Positions 55,190 to 64,000 of a stretch of 64,000 nt of DNA are shown here, piece after piece; position 1 is the stretch's first letter; each line of letters starts with the position of its first letter. Location of the stretch: assembly GCA_963720215.1 (NCBI GenBank), contig CAVREV010000002.1:78746-142745 (forward strand), in the 5' to 3' direction. The stretch comes from an uncultured Solirubrobacteraceae bacterium (lineage in GTDB: Bacteria; Actinomycetota; Thermoleophilia; Solirubrobacterales; Solirubrobacteraceae). The position numbers were made by a program, and so were the translations under genes. Below the pieces are notes generated by a model. That model saw only the letters and a program-made list of their open reading frames with translations, searched no databases and was not told the DNA's origin.

Positions 55190-56137
55190 TCAGCCCCCCC
55201 GCGGCGACTTGTCGATGTCGCGATGGGCGACCGCCACGTCGAGCTCCTCGCTCTCCCGATAGCGCTCGCCGAGGTGCTCCGCGATCGCCACCGAGCGATG
55301 CCGCCCCCCGGTGCAGCCGATCGCGATCACCAGGTGTGCCTTCCCCTCGGCGACGTACTGGGGCAGCAGGAAGTCCAGCAACGCCGTCAGCCGCAGGTAG
55401 AGCTGCTCGAGCCGGCCGTCCCGCGAGATGTACTCCACCACCGCCGCATCAAGCCCTGTCAGGTCGCGGAGCTCCGGCTCGTAGTGAGGGTTCGCCAGGA
55501 AGCGCACGTCGAACGCCGAATCCTCCTCGCGGGGCGGCCCATGCTTGAAGCCGAAGCTCATGAACGTCACCGACAGCTTTCCCACCCCGTCCCGCGGGAG
55601 GAGCTCCTGGGCGATCTTCTCCCGCAGCATCCCCGCCGACATACCCGTCGTGTCGATCACGAGGTCCGCCCGCCCCCGCAGCGGCTCCAGCAGTGCCCGC
55701 TCGGCCGCCACCCCGGCCGCCACGCTTCCCTCCGGCGCCAGCGGGTGGCGGCGCCGGGTCTCCTTGTAGCGATTGACGAGCGTCTGCTCGGAAGCCTCCA
55801 GGAACAGCAGATGGTGGTTCAGCCCGAGCGCGTCGAGATCGTCCACCACCGCCCGCAGCGCCTCGAAGTACACGCCCCCGCGAACGTCCGACACCACCGC
55901 CGCGCGTTCAACCTTCGACCCCTTGTGCACGAACAGCTCCACCAGCGAGCGGATCATCTCCGGCGGGAGGTTGTCCACGCAGAAGTACCCCGCGTCCTCG
56001 AACACGTTCATCGCCGTGGACTTCCCCGCACCGGAGAATCCCGTGATCACCACCAGGTTCTCGAGCCGCGACTCGAACAGGTCGCCCGACCTGCCACGCC
56101 CGCTCCGCTGCAATCCCAGGGGCCTCAGAACGGCCAT
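55190..56137 (-). CDS. rapZ: RNase adapter RapZ
   Basis: TGFSGAGKS, VDNLP, SFGFKHG, GCTGGRHRSV. Confidence 0.93.
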   Translation of the reverse strand: MAVLRPLGLQRSGRGRSGDLFESRLENLVVITGFSGAGKSTAMNVFEDAGYFCVDNLPPEMIRSLVELFVHKGSKVERAAVVSDVRGGVYFEALRAVVDDLDALGLNHHLLFLEASEQTLVNRYKETRRRHPLAPEGSVAAGVAAERALLEPLRGRADLVIDTTGMSAGMLREKIAQELLPRDGVGKLSVTFMSFGFKHGPPREEDSAFDVRFLANPHYEPELRDLTGLDAAVVEYISRDGRLEQLYLRLTALLDFLLPQYVAEGKAHLVIAIGCTGGRHRSVAIAEHLGERYRESEELDVAVAHRDIDKSPRGG

Positions 56138-56242
56138 TCCCTCATTCTCCACTTATCGCCGGACACCCGCCCCGCGGTCGAGCGCCGGGGCGCTGTCCCC
56201 TCCGAGGCCCTCTCCGTTCTCCGCGCGCCCGCTCGGAAGACG

Positions 56243-56425
56243 CGCGGGGGCCCTGGCCCTCTCCGGAGACGGCCCCCGCGCGCGCATGCGTGCGCGCCCG
56301 CGAAGCGGAGGCTCTGGCCCTCTCCCGAGAAGGCCCCCGCGCACGCGTGCGTGCCCGTGACGCGGGGGCTCTGTCCCTCTCCGAAGACGGGCCTCGCGTG
56401 CGCGCGTGCGTGCGTGCGCGCGCGG
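56243..56425. repeat. Array of three ~60-bp palindromic REP-like units
   Basis: Units near 56243, 56305 and 56361, e.g. CGCGGGGGCC-ctggccctctccggagac-GGCCCCCGCG, each followed by a GCGTGCG-rich linker. Confidence 0.7.
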
Positions 56426-56521
56426 GCCAAGCATTCGGGGTCAGCCGACACCCCCGGCCGTGTTCGCGGTCAACCGACACCCCCGTCCGGGCGCCGCGAG
56501 CCGTCACCCGCCGGAGGCGGC

Positions 56522-58426
56522 TCAGCCGGCGCGATGGAGGAGGGCGTAGAGCTCACGGCCGACCTTCGCCGGCAGCCCCGCAACCGCCTGGAGCTCCTCG
56601 CTGGAGGCGCCCACGACGGCCTCGGGCGAGCCGAAGTGGGCGAGGAGGGCGCGCTTGCGCGCGGGGCCGATCCCGGGGAGCTCGTCCAGCAGCGAGCTCG
56701 TCATCGCGCGGTCGCGACGTGAGCGGTGGTGGGTGATGGCGAAGCGGTGGGCCTCGTCGCGCACCCGCTGCAGGAGCTGGAGCTCGGGAGTGGAGTGGGC
56801 GAGCACGAGGGGGGCGCGGCGCCCCGGGAGGAACACCTCCTCGATCCGCTTCGCGAGCGAGACGACGGCGACGCCGCGCTCACGGAACCCTCTGAGAGGG
56901 CCGAGGCCCGCTGCGAGCTGACCCTTCCCACCGTCGATCACGACCAGGTTGGGGAGGGCGGCGAAGCTCTGGTCGTAGGCGGGGTCGTGGGGGGAGATGT
57001 CCGCCTGGCGCTCCCACTGGGCGAAGCGCCGCCCGAGCACCTCGGCCATCGATGCGTAATCGTCCGGTGCGCCATCGACGGTGCGGATCGTGAAGCGACG
57101 GTAGTCCGCCTTCTTCGGCGCCCCGCCCTCGAACACCACCATCGAGGCGACCGTGTGGGTGCCCCCGAGATTGGAGATGTCGAAGCACTCGATCCGAATC
57201 GGGGGGGCGTCGAGGTCGAGCACCTGCTGGAGACCCTCGAGGGCCTGCACGCGGCTCTCCCGCCGCCGCTCCGAGCGCAGGCGCTCCTGGTCGAGCGCAA
57301 GGCGCGCGTTGCGCGCGGCGAGCTCGAGGATCCGTCGCTTCTCCCCCCGCTCGGCGGCTCGCAGCTCGACCGGTCCTCCCCTTCGGCTCGAGAGCGCCTC
57401 GGCGAGCGCCTCGCGCCCCCCGAGCTCCTGCTGGACGACGAGCAGCGCGGGGATCGAGGTGTGACCGCCGTAGTACTGGAGCATGAACTCCTCCCCCACC
57501 TCCCCCTCGTCGCGCTCGGTCTCGTTGGCGAGGTAGAAGGACTGTCTGTCGCTGAGCACCCCGTCCCGGACCTGGAAGACATGGGCGTTCGCGTCCCGTC
57601 CGTCGACCGCCACGGCGACGGCGTCGAACGTGCCGACGGACTCGTTGGTGACGCGACGGCGCTCCAGCAGCGAGCGGACGGCGCGGAGCCGGTTGCGCTC
57701 GACGGTCGCCTGCTCGAACTCCTCGGCGGCCGCGGCGGCGCGCATGCGCGCATCCAGGTCCCTCTCGATCGCCGCGAAGCGCCCCGAGAGGAAGTCGATC
57801 ACCCCGTCGATGCTCTTGCGGTAGTCCTCGCGGCTGACGTAGCCCACGCAGGGGGCTTCGCAGCGCTTGATGTAGTAGTCGAGGCACGGGCTCCCGCTCC
57901 GCCGGCCCGGCTCCGGTCCGGTGCAGGAGCGGAACATGAACACCTTCGCGAGCACCTCCAGCGTGGCGCGAACGCGCTTGGCGTTGGAGTACGGGCCGAA
58001 GTAGGCCCGCCCCGAGCGGTGGCGCTCGCGGGTGAAGTAGACGCGGGGGAAGTCCTCGTCGAGGGAGATCGCGATGAACGGGTAGGACTTGTCGTCGCGG
58101 AGGCGGATGTTGAATCGGGGCCGGTACTGCTTGATGAAGCTCTGCTCCGCGAGCAGCGCCTCGGCCTCGCTGGCCACGACGACCGATTCGATGTGCTCGA
58201 CGGCGGCCACCATCTCCGCGTGGCCGGGGCTGCTCGGGACCTGGGCCTTGGAGAAGTGGGAGGCAACCCGCTTGCGGACGGACTTCGCCTTCCCCACGTA
58301 GAGCACCCTCCCGCGCCCATCCCGGAAGATGTACACGCCCGGCTGATCGGGAAGTGCGCGCCGCTGCTCGCTCAGGCCGGCGCGGCCGTCCCGATCACCG
58401 TTGCTCACCTCCTCGCTCGCCGCCAT
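56522..58426 (-). CDS. uvrC: Excinuclease ABC subunit C
   Basis: PGVYIF..YVGKAK, DDKSYP, IECFDISN, DGGKGQ, RDEAHRFA. Confidence 0.96.
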   Translation of the reverse strand: MAASEEVSNGDRDGRAGLSEQRRALPDQPGVYIFRDGRGRVLYVGKAKSVRKRVASHFSKAQVPSSPGHAEMVAAVEHIESVVVASEAEALLAEQSFIKQYRPRFNIRLRDDKSYPFIAISLDEDFPRVYFTRERHRSGRAYFGPYSNAKRVRATLEVLAKVFMFRSCTGPEPGRRSGSPCLDYYIKRCEAPCVGYVSREDYRKSIDGVIDFLSGRFAAIERDLDARMRAAAAAEEFEQATVERNRLRAVRSLLERRRVTNESVGTFDAVAVAVDGRDANAHVFQVRDGVLSDRQSFYLANETERDEGEVGEEFMLQYYGGHTSIPALLVVQQELGGREALAEALSSRRGGPVELRAAERGEKRRILELAARNARLALDQERLRSERRRESRVQALEGLQQVLDLDAPPIRIECFDISNLGGTHTVASMVVFEGGAPKKADYRRFTIRTVDGAPDDYASMAEVLGRRFAQWERQADISPHDPAYDQSFAALPNLVVIDGGKGQLAAGLGPLRGFRERGVAVVSLAKRIEEVFLPGRRAPLVLAHSTPELQLLQRVRDEAHRFAITHHRSRRDRAMTSSLLDELPGIGPARKRALLAHFGSPEAVVGASSEELQAVAGLPAKVGRELYALLHRAG

Positions 58427-58460
58427 CCCACCCGAGGATAGGAGCCCCCCGGCGACCCCA

Positions 58461-58820
58461 TCAATATGTGCGCGAGTGGCGAAAGACCTCCATCAGGGCG
58501 TACACCACGAGGGCGACGAGCGCGAACCAGACGAGCTCTCCGAGGCTCGATTCCCACATCCGAGCCCGGGCCGCCCAGCCGAAGAACCCCAGCGCCACCC
58601 CCCCGTAGAGGAGCGCCCGATGGCGGTCGCCAAGAGCGTAGATCGACACGCGCCGTTCGCGATAGAGGCGCAGGCCGAGGAAGCCGAAGGCGATTCCGAA
58701 GCCCACCACGAGCGTCGCTTCGATCGTGCTCGCCGCGCGCCCACCCCCGGGGATCAAGTCCACGGCTGCGGCGATCAAGAGAATGATCGCGACGTTCCGC
58801 ACGGTCTTCATCCGATCCAT
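58461..58820 (-). CDS. Small membrane protein
   Basis: Four TM-like segments. Confidence 0.7.
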   Translation of the reverse strand: MDRMKTVRNVAIILLIAAAVDLIPGGGRAASTIEATLVVGFGIAFGFLGLRLYRERRVSIYALGDRHRALLYGGVALGFFGWAARARMWESSLGELVWFALVALVVYALMEVFRHSRTY

Positions 58821-58852
58821 CGCTCGAGTCTAGGCCACCCCCGCCGGGCTGC

Positions 58853-60889
58853 TCAGTCGAGGAGCGTCTCGAGCCGATCGTAGGCCTGCTCGACCGCGCG
58901 CGTGGCCGCCGTGTGGCGGGCCTCGGACTTGGCGCTCTCGTACCTCGTCGCCCACGCCGCCGGATCGGCGAGCTCCTCCTCGAGAGCACGCAGCGCCTCC
59001 TCTGCGTCCTCCACCGCCCGCTCCGCCTGCTCCTGATCGCTGAGGCGGTTCTTCGACGGCCCCTTCGCCCGCTTTCCCCGCCCACCCTTCGCCTTCCCCG
59101 CCGAACCCCCGCCGCCCGTCTCGCCCAGCTTCGCCCGGCCGCCCGCGGGCCCGCCCCCGTTCCCGCCGCCCGCCTCCGTCTGCGCGGGCGCGCGCGCCGG
59201 CGTCGGCGCGATCGCGCGGCCGCCGGCGACCTTGCGCTCCTCGCGCACGCGCACGTACTCGGGCCATCCACCGAGGTAGCTGTGGAGCGAGCCCTCCTCG
59301 ACGGCGACCGTCCGCGTGCCCACCGCGTCGAGCAGGGCACGGTCGTGGGAGACGAGCAGCACCGCGCCCGGGAACGCGCGGAGGGCGTCCTCGAGGGCCT
59401 CGCGGCTCTCGAGGTCGAGGTGGTTGGTGGGCTCGTCGAGGATCAACACGTTCGGCGTCCTCGCCGCCCCCACGAGCACCGCCAGGGAGAGCCTCCGCCG
59501 CTCGCCACCGGAGAGCCCGCTGAGGGGCTTCTCGGCGTCCTCGCCCGAGAAGAGAAACCGCCCGAGGAGCGACCGGGCCCGGTTCGGCGTCAGGCCCGTC
59601 TCCCGCTGGGCGGCGTCGAGGACGCTCTGCTCGGGGGGACCGCCGGCGCCGAGCTCGTCGGCGTGCTGGGAGAGATAGCCGATGGTGACGTTGTGACCCG
59701 TGCTCAGCCGTCCGGCCGCCGGCTCGCGCCGACCTGCGAGCGTCTCGATGAGCGTCGTCTTCCCCGTCCCGTTCGGCCCCACGAGCGAGATGTGCTCCCC
59801 TCGTTCGAGCCACAGCTCGGCCTGGTCGAGGAGCACCAGCGGCGAGGAGCCCAGGGCGCCGCCCGAGCCCTCCCCGCCGACCTCGATGCGGCCGTCGAGG
59901 AGCTCGAAGATCACCCGTCCCGAGCGCTCGGGCTTGGAGAAGGCGAACTCGAGGGACTTCTCCTCGGCCGGGTTCTCCTCGATGCGCTCGATCTTCGCCA
60001 GCCGCTTCACCCGCGACTGCGCCTGGCGCGCCTTGCTCGCCTTGTAGCGGAAGCGCTCGATGAAGCGCTCCATCCGCTCGATCTCCGCCTTCTGCGACTC
60101 GATCGCCTTGCCCAGTGCGATCTCCCGCGCCGCCTGCTCCTGGCGCCAGCGATGCCAGCTCCCGGCGAAGAAGCGCGCGCGGGTGGGCGCGCTCCCGTAG
60201 AGCTCGAGCACGGCCGTGCCCACCGCCTCGAGGAACCAGCGGTCATGTGCGACGAGCACCACGGCCGCGTCGAGTCCCACGAGGGTCTGCTCGAGCCACT
60301 CGAGCGACTCGATGTCGAGGTGGTTGGTGGGCTCGTCCAGGAGCAGCACGTCGGCTCCCGTCGCGAGCGCCCGCGCGAGCGAGGCACGCGTGAGCTGGCC
60401 CCCGGAGAAGGTGTCCAGGGCGCGATCGAGGTCGCCCTCGCGAAAGCCGAGCCCGTGAGCCATCGCGTCGGCGCGGTTGCGCCAGAGGTAGCCGCCGAGC
60501 GCCTCCAGGCGGGCCTGCGCGGCGGCGTAGCGGGAGAGCACCGCCTCCTCCGCCTCTCCCCCCGCCATCCGACCCTCGAGCGCTCCCAGCTCGGCCTCGA
60601 TCGCGAGCTCCTCAGCACAGCCCGAAAGCAGATACTCGCGCAGCGAGATGCCCCGCTCGCGGGGCGGGCGCTGGTCGTGGAGCGCGATCCGCACGCCCTT
60701 CGCCACGCTCATCTCGCCGCGATCGATGGAGGTCTCGCCCGCGAGCATCCGCAGCAGCGTCGTCTTCCCGGCGCCGTTCCGCCCGGCGATCGTCAGCCGT
60801 TCGCGCCGCTCGAGCTTCAGCGAGACCCCGCTGAGGAGCGGAGCGCCGGCGATGTCCTTGTGGAGGTCCGATGCGATCAGGAGAGCCAT
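58853..60889 (-). CDS. ABC-F family ATPase
   Basis: Two NBDs (GRNGAGKT, GPNGTGKT), LDEPTNHLD x2, no TM segments. Confidence 0.93.
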   Translation of the reverse strand: MALLIASDLHKDIAGAPLLSGVSLKLERRERLTIAGRNGAGKTTLLRMLAGETSIDRGEMSVAKGVRIALHDQRPPRERGISLREYLLSGCAEELAIEAELGALEGRMAGGEAEEAVLSRYAAAQARLEALGGYLWRNRADAMAHGLGFREGDLDRALDTFSGGQLTRASLARALATGADVLLLDEPTNHLDIESLEWLEQTLVGLDAAVVLVAHDRWFLEAVGTAVLELYGSAPTRARFFAGSWHRWRQEQAAREIALGKAIESQKAEIERMERFIERFRYKASKARQAQSRVKRLAKIERIEENPAEEKSLEFAFSKPERSGRVIFELLDGRIEVGGEGSGGALGSSPLVLLDQAELWLERGEHISLVGPNGTGKTTLIETLAGRREPAAGRLSTGHNVTIGYLSQHADELGAGGPPEQSVLDAAQRETGLTPNRARSLLGRFLFSGEDAEKPLSGLSGGERRRLSLAVLVGAARTPNVLILDEPTNHLDLESREALEDALRAFPGAVLLVSHDRALLDAVGTRTVAVEEGSLHSYLGGWPEYVRVREERKVAGGRAIAPTPARAPAQTEAGGGNGGGPAGGRAKLGETGGGGSAGKAKGGRGKRAKGPSKNRLSDQEQAERAVEDAEEALRALEEELADPAAWATRYESAKSEARHTAATRAVEQAYDRLETLLD

Positions 60890-60986
60890 CGGCTGTTGAT
60901 GGTAGGAGTCACGCACTCCGGGCCGCCGGGACGGCGGCGACTGAGGGCGGCCGTCCCGGCGCCTCCCCGCGGTAGCATTCCCGGGG

Positions 60987-61262
60987 ATGCGATTTCGGCT
61001 CCTCGCAAAGCTCCTCCCGCTGATGCTCCTCGCGGCGCTCGTGCTCGCCCCGGCGGCGAACGCGGAAAACGACGGGCGGGGCTTCTACGGTGCGACGAAC
61101 GACAAAGTCGTCACCGACGCCGGCTTCATCCTGATCATCGCCTTCCCCACCTTCGTCTTCCTGATGAGCCGCCTCCAGGCCCATCTCGAGAAGCGCAAGG
61201 AGGCTCGCAAGGCGAGCCACTCGACGCAGCTCGCCAACGGCCGCCTCCGCGGCGGCTGGTAG
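60987..61262 (+). CDS. Small membrane protein
   Basis: Signal peptide plus one TM. Confidence 0.65.
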   Translation: MRFRLLAKLLPLMLLAALVLAPAANAENDGRGFYGATNDKVVTDAGFILIIAFPTFVFLMSRLQAHLEKRKEARKASHSTQLANGRLRGGW

Positions 61263-61273
61263 CCCTCGCGGCG

Positions 61274-62110
61274 ATGGGCGACGCCGGGCGGGGCGGCAAC
61301 GGCGTGCAGCCACGCGAGAGCGCCTCCGAGGAGGGCCCCTCCGGCGGCGATGGCGTCCACTACGAGCGCCGCGGCGCCGCGGCGCTGATCACGATCGACC
61401 GCCCTCACCGCCGCAACGCGGTCGACGGCCCGACGGCGGCGGCCCTCTTCGAGGCCTACACCCGCTTCGAGGCCGACGATGAGGCCCGCGTGCTCGTCCT
61501 CACCGGCGCCGGCGAGCTCGCCTTCTGTGCCGGCGCCGACCTCAAGGCGACGGGGACGTTCGTCCCGAGGCTGATGAGCGAGGAGGGCCCGATGGGCTTC
61601 ACCCGACTGACCCCCACGAAGCCCACGATCGCCGCGATCTCGGGCTACTGCCTCGCGGGCGGCCTCGAGCTGGCGCTCTGGTGCGACCTCCGCATCGCCG
61701 CCGCGGGCTCCACCCTCGGCTACCCCGAGCGGCGCTGGGGGGTCCCCCTGATCGACGGGGGGACCCAGCGCCTGCCACGCATCATCGGCCTCGGCCGGGC
61801 GCTCGACATGATCCTCACCGGTCGCCTCGTCCCCGCGGAGGAGGCCCTGGCGATGGGTCTGCTGACGGAGATCGTTCCCGCCGGAGGCCATCTCGAGCGA
61901 GCGCTCGCGCTCGCGGAGGGGCTCTCGCGCTTCCCCCAGCGGACGATGCTCGCCGATCGCCGAGCCGCGATCGAGGGCCTCGGGATGCCGCTCGAGCAGG
62001 GACTCGCGCTCGAGGCGGCGGCGGGGCCGGAGGTGTTCGACGACGGTGCCCGCGGAGCGGCGCGCTTCGCCGCCGGCGAGGGACGCGCGGGCGCCGGCGC
62101 GGGTGCCTGA
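61274..62110 (+). CDS. Enoyl-CoA hydratase/crotonase family protein
   Basis: RNAVD, FCAGADL, AGGLELALWCDLR, DGGTQRLPR. Confidence 0.92.
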   Translation: MGDAGRGGNGVQPRESASEEGPSGGDGVHYERRGAAALITIDRPHRRNAVDGPTAAALFEAYTRFEADDEARVLVLTGAGELAFCAGADLKATGTFVPRLMSEEGPMGFTRLTPTKPTIAAISGYCLAGGLELALWCDLRIAAAGSTLGYPERRWGVPLIDGGTQRLPRIIGLGRALDMILTGRLVPAEEALAMGLLTEIVPAGGHLERALALAEGLSRFPQRTMLADRRAAIEGLGMPLEQGLALEAAAGPEVFDDGARGAARFAAGEGRAGAGAGA

Positions 62111-62141
62111 GCTTCCCGATTTGCAATAGGCTCTCCGCGGG

Positions 62142-64000
62142 ATGGCCTACTTCGTGACAGGGGCGACGGGCTTCATCGGACGGCGCCTCACGGAGAAGCT
62201 GCTGGAGAACCGCCAGGGGAACGTCTACGTGCTCGTCCGCGAGAACTCGGTCGCACGGTTGGACGACCTCAGGGAGCGCTGGGCGGCCGTCGTCGGGTCC
62301 TCCGCGGCCGACCGCGTGGTGCCAGTCTCCGGGGACCTTCGCCGTCCGATGCTCGGCGTCGAGAACGAACAGATCGAGGACCTCCGGGGGAAGATCACCC
62401 ATTTCTTCCACCTCGCCGCCGTCTATGACATGACGGCCCCGGCGCAGCGGAACACGGCGGTGAACGTCGGCGGGACGACCCACGCGGTCGAACTCGCACG
62501 GGCGATCGACGTCAAGCACCTCCACCACGTCTCCTCGATCGCCGTCGCCGGCACCTACCGGGGCATCTTCGACGAGCAGATGTTCGACGAGGGCCAGCGC
62601 CTCCCCTCGCCCTACCACCGCACGAAGTTCGAATCCGAGCGGATCGTCCGCGAGCAGCCCTACGTGCCCTGGCGGGTCTACCGGCCAGGGGTGGTCGTCG
62701 GGGACTCCCACACGGGCGAGATGGACAAGATCGACGGCCCCTACTACTTCTTCAAGGCGATCGAGCGCGCCCGCCACCTCCTCCCCGAGTGGACCCCTCT
62801 CGTCGGCCTCGACCTCGGCTACACGAACATCGTCCCCGTCGACTGGGTTGCGGCCTCGCTCGAGCACATCGCTCACGAGCCCAACCTCGACGGTCGCGCC
62901 TTCCACCTCACCGACCCGCGCCCCCAGCGCGTGGACGACCTCCTCAACGAGCTCGCCAGGGCCGCCCACGCCCCGCGCTTCGCCGTGAGCATCGACAAAC
63001 GCATCACCGCCCCGATCCCGAAGTGGCCCCTTCAGCTCGCCGCCGCCCTCCCCCCGCTGCGCCAGATCAAGGGCATCGCTCTCCGAGAGCTCGGGGATAC
63101 CGGAGGAGGTTCTCTCCCACATCGAGCTCGTTCCCCGCTTCGACACCCAGCAGACCGCCCATGCGCTCAGCGGCTCGCCCCTCGAACAGCCGCCTCCCCT
63201 GGGCGAGTACATCGGCCGCCTGTGGGACTACTGGGAGCGCGAGATGGACACGGACTTCGGGCGGGGGCGGACGCTGAAGGAGGCGCTCGGGGGCAAGCAC
63301 GTGATGATCACCGGGGCCTCCTCCGGAATCGGGCGCTCGACCGCGCTGAAGGTGGCGGCGGCCGGAGGGGTGCCGCTGCTCGTCGCTCGCAACGTCGAGA
63401 AACTCGAGGAGGTGCGAGCGGAGATCGTCGCCGGGGGCGGGACCGCGTACGTGTACGCGGCCGACATCTCCGACATGGACTCCATCGAGGGGCTCCTCGA
63501 GCGGGTGCTCGCCGACCATCGCAACGTCGACATGCTCGTGAACAACGCCGGCCGCTCGATCCGCCGTTCGATCGCCCTCAGCTATGACCGCTTCCACGAT
63601 TTCGAACGGACGATGCAGCTCAACTACTTCGGCGCCGTCAAGCTCATCATCGGGCTGCTCCCGAGGATGCGCGAGCGGGGCTCGGGGCACGTCGTCAACG
63701 TCAGCTCGATCGGCGTCCAGACGAACCCGCCCCGCTTCTCCGCCTACGTCGCCTCGAAGGCGGCCCTGGACGCGTTCAGCCGCGTGGTCGCCTCCGAGGT
63801 GATCGGCGACGGGATCACCTTCACGACGATCCACATGCCCCTCGTCCGCACCCCGATGATCGCCCCGACGAAGATGTACGACGCCTTCCCCGCGATCAGC
63901 CCCGAGGAGGCCGCGGAGATGATCTGCGAGGCGATGCGGAGCCGCCCGAAGGAGATGGGCACGCGTATCGGGAAGTTCGGCGAGGTGGCCTACTCGCTGA
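62142..64000 (+). CDS. Two-domain SDR (AcrA1-like acyl-CoA reductase), frameshift ~63095, runs off the right window edge
   Basis: TGATGFIG and YHRTK, then TGASSGIG, NNAGRS and YVASK. Confidence 0.88.

Noticed and set aside
56243-56425. Possible CRISPR array
   Set aside because: Repeats are degenerate, spacers resemble each other, and no cas genes are present.
58913-61273. Long ORFs such as the 1065-aa ORF (also 44-1903, 21962-24136, 54179-56722)
   Set aside because: Antisense or shadow ORFs typical of high-GC DNA; only the segments that match real genes were kept.

Overview
High-GC actinobacterial DNA; the gene set resembles Thermoleophilia/Solirubrobacterales (inference). Many housekeeping genes carry single indels, which suggests long-read assembly error. 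The flanks hold ordinary genes: ccmE/ccmF, amidase, acyl-CoA dehydrogenase, pip, a Fe3+ ABC transporter with a cytochrome c, deacetylases, SulP, a two-component system, ccmG/ccmH, argS, a Ser/Thr kinase cluster, gpmI-tpiA-pgk-gap, rapZ, uvrC, an ABC-F and an SDR. The main feature is a ~16.7 kb element (25105-41813) integrated in tRNA-Gly(CCC) and bounded by a perfect 44-bp direct repeat. It has a phage-satellite layout: integrase, divergent HTH switch, Top6A/Spo11-like toprim protein, AAA helicase with internal iterons, an HGGxSTG TerS-like gene and a toxin-antitoxin pair. It has no recognisable capsid, portal, large terminase or tail-tube gene. About a third of its length is an intact 1952-aa tape-measure-like protein with a lytic transglycosylase domain, preceded by ~310 bp of non-coding hairpins containing eight CCCGGG motifs. 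It is a candidate tape-measure-encoding (tail-remodelling) satellite.
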